A stretch of 63,794 bases of DNA, filler included, from an uncultured Gemmatimonadota bacterium (GTDB lineage Bacteria > GCA-2686955), in the NCBI GenBank assembly GCA_964490075.1. It is 8 parts of 8 records of this genome, joined end to end, with 100 filler letters (N's around TTAATTAATTAA, not from the genome) between each part and the next. Parts side by side here need not be neighbours in the genome. Positions count along the whole stretch, not along the records: positions 37,923 to 45,128 come from CAZBBK010000112.1; positions 45,229 to 51,616 come from CAZBBK010000113.1; 6 more parts are not named here. One strand, written 5' to 3'. Below are positions 40,861-50,684 of this stretch, piece after piece (position 1 is the first letter of the stretch; every line of letters begins with the position of its first letter). The notes under the pieces are model-generated. The model was not told where the DNA came from. It was given only the letters and a program-made list of their open reading frames with translations, and made no database searches. Made by a program: the position numbers and the translations under genes.

Positions 40861-41454
40861 CGCACCGCCTGGGGTTTCCTGGCCGTGCGCACCAACGGGC
40901 TGGCGCCCTATCCGGGCGAAGACGAGCAGTGGTGGGGCGACCGGGTGGCGATCTTGCAAGCGCTCGGTGTGCTCGATCCCGAGGGCAACCCGACCGCGCG
41001 CCTCGACGTGGTTGCGCAGGCCGATGTCGCCCGTCTCGACGCGGCCTCTTTCGACCGCGAACGGGCCAAGATGATCAAGGCGTGCAGTGACTGCCACTCC
41101 GAGAACTTCGCCGAGGCCGAGCTGGAGAAGGGCGATCAGCTCATCCGCCAGGCCGACCATCTGATGGCCGAAGCGATCCGCGAGATCGCGGGTCTCTATG
41201 CCGACGGCATCCTGAAGAAACCGGAGAGCTACGACTACGCCTTCCCCGATCTGCTCACCTTCCACGACTCGCCTACGCCGATCGAGAACACGCTCTTCAC
41301 GATGCATCTGAAGCACCGCATGCGGGCTTTCCAGGGCGCGTTCCACTCCAACCCGGACTACGCGCTGTGGTACGGCTGGAGCGAGATGCAGCAGGATCTG
41401 ACCGAGATCCGTGCCGAAGCGGTGGCGCTGCGCAAGGAGCACGGCAAGAAGTGA
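40861..41454 (+). pseudogene. C-terminal fragment of a multihaem cytochrome c (HAO-like family)
   Basis: MIKACSDCHS and KHRMRAFQGAFHSNPDYALWYGW; no signal peptide and no upstream haem motifs. Confidence 0.7.
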
Positions 41455-41470
41455 GCGGCCGAATCGCGAG

Positions 41471-42985
41471 CTACGGGCTGTCGGCCGGCGACAGTTCGTA
41501 GAGCGTGAAGTAGTAGGGACCCGGCTGGCGAATGCCGAGGCAGCGGACAGCCCTGGTCTGGAGCGCGTCGAATCGGCGGCCGGAGATGATCCGGCCGTCG
41601 AAGCGCATCCGCACCGGATCGCGATCGACGAAGTAGTCGACGCGGGGGTAGCCGGACAGGTCGAGATAAAGCGCGCGATCGAGCAGCTCTTGGTAGTCGA
41701 TCGCGGCGCGCAATCTCTCGGTGGCGGGTTCGATCAGTCCGCCGAGGTCGAGTACCCGGCGCTTGCCGAAATAGGCCAGGTAACCGATGTCGGCGGCCGC
41801 CACGACGGCATCGGGGGCGGCGCGGCGGTCGAGCTCGAGTGCCAGCTCGCGCAATCCGCCTCCGAGGTCTTCGGCGAAGGCGCGCGAGGGTGGAACGACG
41901 ATCCGGGTGTAGAAGAGGGCGGCGGATGTGACGCTGACGGTGGCGATCGCGATCGGCGCCGCACCGCGCCAGCCCCGCGGCAGGTGGCGATCGACCAGCT
42001 CTTCGATGCTGACCCAGCCGAGTAGACAGACCAGAGGGGTGACGAGCAAGAGGTAACGCGACACGATCGTGGTACCGAGCGCCAGGTAGGCGGTCGGCAG
42101 GGCGACGATCCAGAGCACCACGAAGCGCGACTCTCCGGCGCCGAGCCGGGCGCGGGTCTGCGGGAGGGCGCAGGCGGCGAGCAGCGCGAGCACCGCGGCT
42201 CCCTGGCTGCTGGCGACAGTTTTGGCGATCGTGGTGAGGGCGTGGAGGAGAGCGGTCGCGTTCGGGGCGAGCCCGGAGCTCTTGGCGGCGGCGGTGCTCG
42301 GCACCAGGGTAGCGAACTGGGTCGCCGCGAAGATCAGCCATGGGAGGAGAGCCAGGCAGGCGGTAGCGGCGCTGATGGCGGCGCAGCGCAGGGTCGCGAC
42401 ATCGCGCCGGGTGGCCGCGGCGAGCAGCAGCACCGGCAGAGCGAGCGCGAGCTCGGGGCGCAGCAGGGTCGCGATGGCGACGAGGGCGCCGACTTGCACC
42501 GCGCGCCGGCGATCGCCCGCGGCGTGGACCGATCCGAGCACCACCAGCAGCAGAGCGAGCACCGCGCTCGCGGACTCCATCGACAGCGCGGTCCAGCGAG
42601 CGAACCAGACGTCCGCGGCAAGGGTGCAGGTGGCGAGCAGCGCGCTGGTGGGACGCATGCGCAGCGCGCGCGCCAGGGAGTGGAACACCGCCAGGGCGGC
42701 GAAGGCGCTGATCCACGCCAGAGCGCGGCTGATCGGCAGCAACGATTCGGCACCACCGGCCAGCCCTCCGATTGCCGCGATCAGCAGCACCCAGAGCGGG
42801 CTAGAGGTGCCGAACGACACTTCGCCTGGGTTGAAGCTGTACTCCCCGCGCTCGATCAGATTGCGCGCGTACTGCAGGTGGATGAAGCCGTCGTCGGTGT
42901 AGGCCCCGGCCAGGGGCAGCAGGAAGACGAGCAGGAGCAGCGCCGGCAGCAGGTGTAGTGAGCGCGGCGGGAGGCGGTGCGGCAT
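41471..42985 (-). CDS. Polytopic membrane protein, GT-C-like glycosyltransferase
   Basis: TDDGFIHLQYARNL..G..SFNPGE...GTSSPLW, SMES, LLRPE, RYLL and DIGYLAYF...VLDLGGL. Confidence 0.7.
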   Translation of the reverse strand: MPHRLPPRSLHLLPALLLLVFLLPLAGAYTDDGFIHLQYARNLIERGEYSFNPGEVSFGTSSPLWVLLIAAIGGLAGGAESLLPISRALAWISAFAALAVFHSLARALRMRPTSALLATCTLAADVWFARWTALSMESASAVLALLLVVLGSVHAAGDRRRAVQVGALVAIATLLRPELALALPVLLLAAATRRDVATLRCAAISAATACLALLPWLIFAATQFATLVPSTAAAKSSGLAPNATALLHALTTIAKTVASSQGAAVLALLAACALPQTRARLGAGESRFVVLWIVALPTAYLALGTTIVSRYLLLVTPLVCLLGWVSIEELVDRHLPRGWRGAAPIAIATVSVTSAALFYTRIVVPPSRAFAEDLGGGLRELALELDRRAAPDAVVAAADIGYLAYFGKRRVLDLGGLIEPATERLRAAIDYQELLDRALYLDLSGYPRVDYFVDRDPVRMRFDGRIISGRRFDALQTRAVRCLGIRQPGPYYFTLYELSPADSP

Positions 42986-43217
42986 GGGGGGGAGGGTAGC
43001 GTCTTCCCGGATTGGGTTGTCGTGCTCCGTCCCGATCAGGCCGACCCTTGGGGCGGGGCCGTCTTTTCCGCCACGACCAAGAGCAGATCGTCTTGACAGA
43101 AGAACCCCGTGCCGAGCGACGAGCGACACGCCTCGAGCTGTTCCAGCCAGTAGCTCTCGCGTGAGCTTCGCGCGGCGTAGCCTGCGAACGAATCGAAGAA
43201 CTCGTCGAACCCGAACG

Positions 43218-43847
43218 GCCCTCGTGCGCAAGCCGGCCGCGATGAGCTTCGAGCAGGCCGCCGCCATCCCGCAGGCCGGCATGTTGGCGGTGCAGGGATT
43301 GATCGATCTCGGCGGGATCGGGGCCGGTCAGAAGCTGTTGCTGAACGGGGCCGGCGGCGGGGTCGGCACCTTCGCCGTGCAGATCGCCAAGCTCCACGGG
43401 GCCGAGGTGACGGCGATCGACAAGCGCGTCAAGCTGGCGATGTTGCGTACCATCGGCGCCGACCACGTCATCGACTGTTCGGAAGAGGACTTCGCCCGCG
43501 GCCAAAAGTGTTATGACCTGATCCTCGACGTGAAATCGCAACGTTCGCCCTTCGCCTGCGCCCGCGCACTGAATCCGGGAGGCACCTACGTGACCGTCGG
43601 TGGCGACACATCGCGCCTGATTCAGTCACTGCTCATCGGTCCCTTGATCGCGCGCACCCGCGGCAAGCAGGTGCGGGTCCTTGCCATAAAGCCGAACAAG
43701 GACCTCGCCTATATGAGTGAGATCTTCGAAGCCGGCGATCTGCTGCCGGTGCTCGACGGTCCCTACCGGCTCGCCGACCTGCCCGAGGCGCTGCGCCACT
43801 TCGAGACCGGCGATCACCAGGGGAAGATCATCATCACGATGGAGTGA
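43218..43847 (+). pseudogene. C-terminal fragment of an NAD(P)-dependent MDR/quinone-oxidoreductase-like alcohol dehydrogenase
   Basis: KPAAMSFEQAAAIP, NGAGGGVGTFAVQIAK, GADHVID and GKIII; N-terminal GroES-like part absent. Confidence 0.8.
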
Positions 43848-44696
43848 GGCGGGAGCAATCTTCGGCGCGAGGCCGGTGAGGGGATGGCATGGATGACTCG
43901 GTGACCCCTTCCTCGCGCTCGGTCACGGCTCCGTAGAGCGCCGCCAGGGCCAACGCCGTCCAGATCCAGGCCAGCGTGGTCCCCGGAGCCGCGGCTCCGA
44001 CGATCGGCCCACCGAACACCAGGCTGGCCACCCGAGCAAGCAGAAAAGGCGGCAGCCAGCAGGCCAGCACCAGAAGCACGTGGTCCCGAGTCAGGCGCCA
44101 GCTCGTCCCGAGGGCACTCCAGGCCGAGCCCCCGCGGTGGGCCAACACGAAGGGGAAAAGCGCGAATCTGGCAAAGAGGAAGAGGCCGGGAAGGACCAAG
44201 CAGAGCAGGCCCAGGAACACCGCCGGAACCACGATCGCCCCCCCAGAACACAGTGCAGGTAGAGACCGCGGACCGAGCCGGATCCATCGCTCCGGCGCAG
44301 GGCGGAGGGTGTCGTCGAGCGCTGGGCTAGCACCACCGCGGCGATCCACAGCGGGGCGGTGACCAGGAGCAGGTGCGAGATCCAGAGAATGAAGACCGTC
44401 CTCCGACTGAAACTGGACTCGATCCCGGGCATCCACTGGGCTTCCACGTCGTATTCCGCGGACCCCAGATGCAGCCTCTCTACCGTGGCGCTGCTCACCG
44501 GCCAGTTCCATAGCTCTCCCAGGCGGATCCGCCCGTCTCGATAACCCGGCTGACAGAGATCCGTCGCGACGAAGATGACAAGCGCCGCGAGGCCGAATAA
44601 GATCGGCGCACTCGAGAGGCCGCGCCAGGCGCGTGCGTAGACTAATACCAGACGGGGCGATTCCCCGAGTGACGGGGGAAGGGCCGGATTCGTCAT
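43834..44696 (-). pseudogene. Membrane protein (YciC-like pattern), frameshifted near 44325
   Basis: N-terminal TMs in frame 44091-44696; LGLLCLVLPGLFL...SALGTSWRLTR in frame 43834-44766. Confidence 0.5.
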
Positions 44697-44733
44697 GAGA
44701 CATCTCCTCGATCAGCGCGATCAGAGCGGGCGA

Positions 44734-45076
44734 ATGACCGCCCCGCACCCTAGCGAATCCTCGCACAGTCGTGGCGGCAATATTTCCCTATCTCGGAGGC
44801 GAAGCTCGTCTGCCAACAGCCCCCCTCGGAGTCGTCTCCCGATCCTGGCGGGGTTGCTCGTGGCTTTGTTGTCGCCAAGGCCGGCGGCGGCGGACGCGCT
44901 GTGCGACGATCTCTCGAAGACCATGGCGGATTCCCTGGCGGCGCACTCCTTGGGCTTCGTGACGATGCATGTCACGGATGTTCCGAGCACCCGCGTGGAG
45001 CGCTTGATCGATCAAACATCCAACGCCTACGAGACGGTCTGGTCGAGCGTCCAGGACCTTCTGCCCGAATCGATCG
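44734..45076 (+). pseudogene. N-terminal part of a secreted protein interrupted by the putative IS end
   Basis: Signal-like RLPILAGLLVALLSPRPAAA, then a polar domain up to the 26-bp motif. Confidence 0.4.
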
Positions 45077-45128
45077 AAAGGGCTATCCACTTTACTCTCG
45101 TGTCTCGCTGGCGTCACTTGACCCGGGT
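45077..45128 (+). mobile_element. Putative insertion-sequence terminus (second copy)
   Basis: AAAGGGCTATCCACTTTACTCTCGTG (45077-45102) is identical to 19622-19647; the contig ends 26 nt later. Confidence 0.6.
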
Positions 45129-45228
45129 NNNNNNNNNNNNNNNNNNNNNNNNNNNNNNNNNNNNNNNNNNNNTTAATTAATTAANNNNNNNNNNNNNNNN
45201 NNNNNNNNNNNNNNNNNNNNNNNNNNNN
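45129..45228. other. Artificial contig spacer
   Basis: N run + TTAATTAATTAA + N run. Confidence 0.99.
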
Positions 45229-45482
45229 CCGGTCGTAACTCGCGACTCTGATCGAGGAGCTGAGGGTTGCGGCCAGATTCTGGGCACAACTCACGACTCT
45301 CGATCGAGAGTCGCGAGTTACGACGCGAATACGGTCGTGGCTCCGGTTTCATCGCGATGAGTGACGAGTTGTGGCGGATATACGGTCGTGGCTCCGCACT
45401 CTCGATCGAGAGTGGTGAGTTGTGTCGCGAAAAGGCGTCATGACTCGCGGTTCCGGGCGCGGAGCTGGGCTTTGTGTCGGGG
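45229..45482 (+). repeat. Repeat module A: array of ~51-bp-period palindromes
   Basis: Dyad centres near 45251, 45303 (ACTCTCGATCGAGAGT), 45354 (TCATCGCGATGA), 45405 and 45456; inverted copy at 58061-58314. Confidence 0.9.
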
Positions 45483-45825
45483 CAGCGCGCGGGGATCGTG
45501 GAGCCTCGCGTGGGCTGGATGGAAAGAGGGCGCGCACCCCGTGGATGGGGCCTCTGGCCGTCCCATCCGGCGGGAGCCCCGCGGCGCGGCGCCGGGTCGG
45601 TCGTGGAAGCGGAGGCCCTTTCGGCGAAGGGGACTACGGGGCTGCAACAGATGCCGCGGTTGCCCGAGCAGGTAGGCATGCTCTCGAGCATTCCATCTGT
45701 CCAGCCGCCGGTGCCGTGCCACCGCCCGCGACCTGCCCCAGCGCCCGAACACCATCCCCCTCTAAAAGGGCGTCCGGGGTCACTGCTCCGGAGTCCTTCG
45801 TTGCCTGATGGTGAGGAGTCGCTGT

Positions 45826-45999
45826 CCATGCCCATGCCCGAGTCGGGCAAGGGAGTCGGGCAGGGGCAGGGGGAGGGGCACGCGAAGAAGTGCGGGCGAG
45901 GTCGCCCCCCAACCGCGGATGGATCCCAGGAGGCCGGCGAGCTCCCGCTGGGCCCGCGCTTCTTCGCGGAGTGCGTCGAGCGAGAAGGGCCATGTCGAA
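45826..45999 (+). repeat. Repeat module B (CCCATGCCCG...CGGGC hairpin + CGCGAAGAAG/CTTCTTCGCG stem)
   Basis: Same-orientation homolog at 58437-58614. Confidence 0.75.
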
Positions 46000-46097
46000 A
46001 AGCCGGTTTCGAGCCAAGGATGCGACCTGGGAACCGCGGTTCATTGCGCCCCTGGCCACTCCTGCGGGGAGGCGGGCAGGGGCGGGCGTAGGGGCAG

Positions 46098-46170
46098 GAT
46101 GGGAAGCGTTCCGGGCGCTCGCTGGACGGAGAGGCGCCAGATTGAAACACCACCGCGGCAACCACATCTG
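46098..46170 (+). repeat. Repeat module C
   Basis: GATGGGAAGCGTTCCGGGCGCT... matches the reverse complement of 58361-58427. Confidence 0.6.
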
Positions 46171-46331
46171 TCCAGAACCCGCAATCTCAGTCACAATCCC
46201 CCGCTCATCCCTTCTTCTACCACTCTCGACAGCGGCTCTTGGTGTGCCCTGCCCTTGCCCCGCCCCGACTCCCCACCCGCTCACCATCGGCTACGATTGC
46301 CCGACGCGCCCCCCCGTGCCCGGGATCCCCG

Positions 46332-48683
46332 ATGCCGATCCGCAAGACCCTGCCGATGCTGGCCCGCCTGTGGCGGCCCGCGCGGCTCCTGATACGCTCC
46401 AACGATCCCTCCTACGTCGAGCTCGAGGGGCGGGCGCGGATCGTGATCCAGCGCGACGAGCGCGGGGTGCGCTCGGTGCGAGCCGCGAACGATGCCGATC
46501 TCTTCCTGGGCTTCGGCTACTGCCAAGGGCGCGACCGCTACTTCCAGATGGACCTGCTGCGGCGTCTGGCCGAAGGCCGGGTGGCCGAGATGCTGGGCAA
46601 TGGGCGGCTACCTCCCGCCGCCGGGGTGCTGGCGCGCTTCGAGCTGGTCGAGCTCGACGCCTTCATGCGTGCGCTCGGGATCTCCGCGGGCGCCGAGCGC
46701 GCCTACCAGGACCTCGACGAGCCGAGCCGAGCCCTGCTCGAGGCCTTCGCCGCGGGCGCCAATCGCGCCCTCGAGCTGATGGGGGGCGAGCTGCCGCCGG
46801 AATACCTGCTGATGCCGGGCCCCGAGCCCTGGCGTCCCGAGGACTGCCTCGCCATCGCCACCTTCTTCGGCCTCAGCGTCGACATGGCCGGACTGGCGAT
46901 CGAGCTGGAGCTGGACGCGATCATCGCCGCCATCGGGAGCGAGGCCGCGGCCGATCTCTATCCGGGCGCGGGGATCGAGCATTTCCGGCCCGCTCCCGAG
47001 GGTGCGGGGAAGGCCGGCCCGCGGGCGGAGCGCGCCGCACACCGGGCGACGAGCGCGACCGCCGCCCCGCGCGGCAGCAACGGCTGGGTGGTCAGCGGCG
47101 CCTGGACCCGCGGCGGCGCGCCGATGCTCTGCAACGATCCGCACGTTCCCCTGTCGCCGATCCCCGGCTTCTGGTATCCGATCCAGCTGCGCTCCGACGA
47201 GGGCATTCGCGCCCAGGGGGCCTCCTTCGTCGGCTTCCCGGCGCTCGCCTTCGGCCACAACTCGCGCACCGCCTGGGGGCTCACCAACCTGATGCGCGAC
47301 ACCTGGGACGTGGTGCGTTTCGTCACCCACCCGAACGACCCCGATCTCTACCTGGACGGGGACCGCTGGCGCGCATTCGACCTGCGCCTGGAGCGGATCG
47401 GGCGCCGCTTCGGCCCACCGGCCCAACTGCAGATCAGGAGCTGCTCGCGGGGGGTGCTGCTGCCCGACCAGCGGGCCGCGGACGGCACCGCCCTCGGCTA
47501 CCGCGCGGTCGACGCCGACCCCGGGGCGATGTTCCGCGGCTACGCGGCCCTGCTCCGTGCCGGAGATTGGGCCGAGCATCGCGAGGGACTGCGCGACCTG
47601 CACCGGGGCTCCGCCGCCTGGAACTGTCTCTACGGCGACGCCGAGGGCCACATCGCCTGGAAGATCGTGGGGCAGATCCCGATCCGCCGCGGCGCCGCGA
47701 GCGTGGCGCCCCAGGCCGGCTGGAGCGACGCCGGCGACTGGGTCGGCACCATCCCCTTCGAAGAGACGCCCGAGCGGGTCGATCCCGAGGACGGGATGAT
47801 CGTCAGCGCCAACGACCGGCCGCCCGGCGAGACGCCCTATCTCGGCGCAACCTTCGAGCCGCGGCATCGGGCGCGGCGCATCCGCCAGCTCATCGAGCAG
47901 GCGGGCCGCGCCCAGGTCGACGTGGAGACGATGCGCAGAATCCAGCTCGATCTCGAGGCTCCGGGTCTGCGCGACGAGCTCGCGGGTCTGCTGGGGGCGT
48001 TGCGGGGGGGGAGTCTGGCGGCCGATCCGGACGGCGACGCGGCGCTCGCGCTGCTGGCCGACTGGGACCTGGCCTTCGAGCGCCACTCCGCCGCCGCCGC
48101 CATCTTCACCGCCTTTCGCGATGCCTGGGCGGCGGAGCTCTTCGCCCCGCTGATGGGCATGGCGATCGCGCGTCGCTGGCGCGAGACCCGCCCCGGAATC
48201 GACACGCTGAGCCGCTGCCTGGTCGACGCCGACGACCCGTGGATGAAACGCGCCGCCCGCGCCGCCGGACGCAGCCGCGAATCGATGATCCGCTCCGCCT
48301 TTCTGGCCACCCTGGCCCGGCTGCGGGCCGCTCTCGGCCCCGACCTCGATGCCTGGTCGCTGGGCAGGATGCAGCGCGTGGAGCTGCATCATCCCATGGC
48401 CACGATCCCCGGGCTGGGGGCCGCGTTCAACATCCCCGAAGTGCCCACCGGCGGCAGCGAGGTCACGGTGAACGCCGCCTTCACCTGCCCGGGAGAGGGC
48501 GCTATCGATCGGGTGTGCAGCGCCGGCCCCGCCAGCCGCATGGTGGTCGATCTGGCCGACACCGACGGCGCCTACTTCGTGCACAGCACCGGCACCAGCG
48601 GCGACCCCGCCTCTCCCCACTACGCCGACCAGACGCCGCTGTGGCGTGAAGGTCGCCTCTACCGCAGCCGCTTGCCGCAGTAG
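46332..48683 (+). CDS. Penicillin acylase family (S45 Ntn-hydrolase)
   Basis: RDERGV, GFGYCQGRDRYFQMDLLRR, GSNGWVVSG (beta-chain Ser), NDPH, SAN and SGDPASPHYADQ. Confidence 0.92.
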   Translation: MPIRKTLPMLARLWRPARLLIRSNDPSYVELEGRARIVIQRDERGVRSVRAANDADLFLGFGYCQGRDRYFQMDLLRRLAEGRVAEMLGNGRLPPAAGVLARFELVELDAFMRALGISAGAERAYQDLDEPSRALLEAFAAGANRALELMGGELPPEYLLMPGPEPWRPEDCLAIATFFGLSVDMAGLAIELELDAIIAAIGSEAAADLYPGAGIEHFRPAPEGAGKAGPRAERAAHRATSATAAPRGSNGWVVSGAWTRGGAPMLCNDPHVPLSPIPGFWYPIQLRSDEGIRAQGASFVGFPALAFGHNSRTAWGLTNLMRDTWDVVRFVTHPNDPDLYLDGDRWRAFDLRLERIGRRFGPPAQLQIRSCSRGVLLPDQRAADGTALGYRAVDADPGAMFRGYAALLRAGDWAEHREGLRDLHRGSAAWNCLYGDAEGHIAWKIVGQIPIRRGAASVAPQAGWSDAGDWVGTIPFEETPERVDPEDGMIVSANDRPPGETPYLGATFEPRHRARRIRQLIEQAGRAQVDVETMRRIQLDLEAPGLRDELAGLLGALRGGSLAADPDGDAALALLADWDLAFERHSAAAAIFTAFRDAWAAELFAPLMGMAIARRWRETRPGIDTLSRCLVDADDPWMKRAARAAGRSRESMIRSAFLATLARLRAALGPDLDAWSLGRMQRVELHHPMATIPGLGAAFNIPEVPTGGSEVTVNAAFTCPGEGAIDRVCSAGPASRMVVDLADTDGAYFVHSTGTSGDPASPHYADQTPLWREGRLYRSRLPQ

Positions 48684-48710
48684 AGCACGGAGCCGCAGGC
48701 GATCACTGCG

Positions 48711-50579
48711 TCAATCGACATAGCCCAACGCCCGCAGCTCCTTTGCGAGCGCCTCGTCGATCTCGGCTTCCCGCGAGGCAACCCGGACGGTGTTGCGCTC
48801 CACCCAGCGACGATAGCGAGCGAGCGCCTCGGCCTCGAGCTCGGGGCGGGTCTCCCGGAGATCGATCGAATCGTCTCCCCACGCGGCCACCCGTTGCAGC
48901 TCCCCCTGCTCGAAGAAAGCCCGGAATCGATCCCAGGCCAGCACCCGGTCGCCGAACGACTCCGCCACGACCTGATGGCTCTCCGCGGAGGCGCCGCCGG
49001 CGCCCACCAGTGCCGGCAACAACGAAACGCCCTGGGTGTTGGCCTCGATCCCCGCCAGGTCCAAAATCGTCGCTCCTACATCGGCGGATGAGACCACACG
49101 GTCCTCGATCACACCGCGCCGGGAATCGGGCCAGCTCTCCGGGCAGCGGATCAGCAGCGGCACATCGATCACCTCGCGAAAGAGTGTCGCGGAATGGAGC
49201 ATCCGGCCGTACTCCCCCAGGTGCTCGCCGTGATCCGCGGTCACCACGATCACCATGTCGTCGAGGCGTCCCAGGGACTCGATGCCGCGCAGCAGACGAC
49301 CGATCTGCTGGTCGAGGTGGCGCACCTCGCCGTTGTAGAGCTTCTCGATGCGCCGCACCAGGGCGGGATCGGTGCCCTCCCGCAAGTGACTGCCCTTGGT
49401 CAGCGCGAGTTTCAGGTCACGGTTGGCCGCCCGTGCACCGCCTTCTACAGAGACCCCCGGCGGCAGGTACGGATAGTGCGGTTCCATGAAGTTCAGAAGA
49501 GCAAAGCAGGGACGATCACCGATCGACTCCAAGGTCGTCAGTGCCCGCTCCACGACCGCCGGGGCCGAGGCGCGATATTCCACCTCGAGAGCATCGGCGA
49601 TCAATCCCACGGATTCAAAAGCTCTGATGCCAAGCTTCCCCAACAGCAGCCCCAGCGAGGTTTGCTTCACCCAATCGATCGTCGTGTAGCTGGAGATCAA
49701 CCCGTCGTCATAGAGCTGGAACCCCTGACTCCATCCCAGGTGCCCCTGCAGCTGCGCGTTGGCGACGACCGCGAAGGTGCTCCAGCCGGCCGCCCCCAGG
49801 CGCTCCGCCAGGGCCTGGTTCTCCAGGGAGAACTGTCGCCCTTGACCGCGCACGCCATGTCCGACCGGGTAGAGCCCGGTCAGCAGCGACGCATGGGAGG
49901 GCAAGGTGTGATTCGATGTCGAGATCGAACGCGAGAAAACCACCGATTCGGCCGCCAGAGCGTCGAGGGCGGGGCTGAGGCCGGCGGAGCTGCCGTAGAC
50001 CCCCAGGCGGTCGGCCCGCAGAGTATCGAGCACGATGAGCAGGACGCTGGTCCGGTCGCGCGTGGCGAGCGCCGCGCTCGGAGGCTCGATTGCGCCGCGG
50101 CGCGCCGGCCCGAGGAGAGGCACGGTCGCGAGCACGCCCGCCAGCCAGATCAAAGCCAGGGAGCCGGGGCCGATGCGGCTCGGCACGAGCCGGGCGACCG
50201 TCAATCCGAAGCCGAGCGCCGCCGCCAGGATCAGCAGCATGATCGCCATACCGGGCGCGGTGCCGATCTCCACCGCCTTGGGCAGCCAGAGCAGGAAGGC
50301 GAGCGCGCTCAGGGTCGACGCGACGACCGCCCCCCCCGCCCAGCCGGCCCCCGCCGAGCGACCGCCGCCCAGCAGCACGGCCCCTCCGCCCGCCAGCAGG
50401 CCGAGGGCAACCCCCTTCAGCGTGGAGCTCCCCAGGCAGGCCAGCACCAGCAATGGATGGCGGGCTCCGCTCCCGAAGACCATATGATGCCCGGCATCGA
50501 TCAGGGCACAGGTCAGCTCGAGCACCAGCGCGGTCGTGACCGCGCATGCGAGCGTGGCGGCGGCTCTCGATCGATTCAC
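48711..50579 (-). CDS. Membrane-anchored sulfatase-like (alkaline phosphatase superfamily) protein
   Basis: N-terminal TMs; VLDTLRAD, SNHTLPSHASLLTG, NFMEPH, TADHGE and LRALGYVD*. Confidence 0.85.
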   Translation of the reverse strand: MNRSRAAATLACAVTTALVLELTCALIDAGHHMVFGSGARHPLLVLACLGSSTLKGVALGLLAGGGAVLLGGGRSAGAGWAGGAVVASTLSALAFLLWLPKAVEIGTAPGMAIMLLILAAALGFGLTVARLVPSRIGPGSLALIWLAGVLATVPLLGPARRGAIEPPSAALATRDRTSVLLIVLDTLRADRLGVYGSSAGLSPALDALAAESVVFSRSISTSNHTLPSHASLLTGLYPVGHGVRGQGRQFSLENQALAERLGAAGWSTFAVVANAQLQGHLGWSQGFQLYDDGLISSYTTIDWVKQTSLGLLLGKLGIRAFESVGLIADALEVEYRASAPAVVERALTTLESIGDRPCFALLNFMEPHYPYLPPGVSVEGGARAANRDLKLALTKGSHLREGTDPALVRRIEKLYNGEVRHLDQQIGRLLRGIESLGRLDDMVIVVTADHGEHLGEYGRMLHSATLFREVIDVPLLIRCPESWPDSRRGVIEDRVVSSADVGATILDLAGIEANTQGVSLLPALVGAGGASAESHQVVAESFGDRVLAWDRFRAFFEQGELQRVAAWGDDSIDLRETRPELEAEALARYRRWVERNTVRVASREAEIDEALAKELRALGYVD

Positions 50580-50684
50580 CTGGGATCCATAGGATTCTGG
50601 GGACGCATCCGACCGGCGTCCATCGCAACGTCCATGCTACCGCGTCGGCGGGGATATGATGGCTGCACCCATCGGAGATCCTCG

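Noticed and set aside
45229-45482. CRISPR array interpretation of the periodic palindromes (also 10116-10264)
   Set aside because: No constant repeat with unique spacers: whole units are degenerate palindromes, the block is duplicated intact, and no cas gene is in the window.
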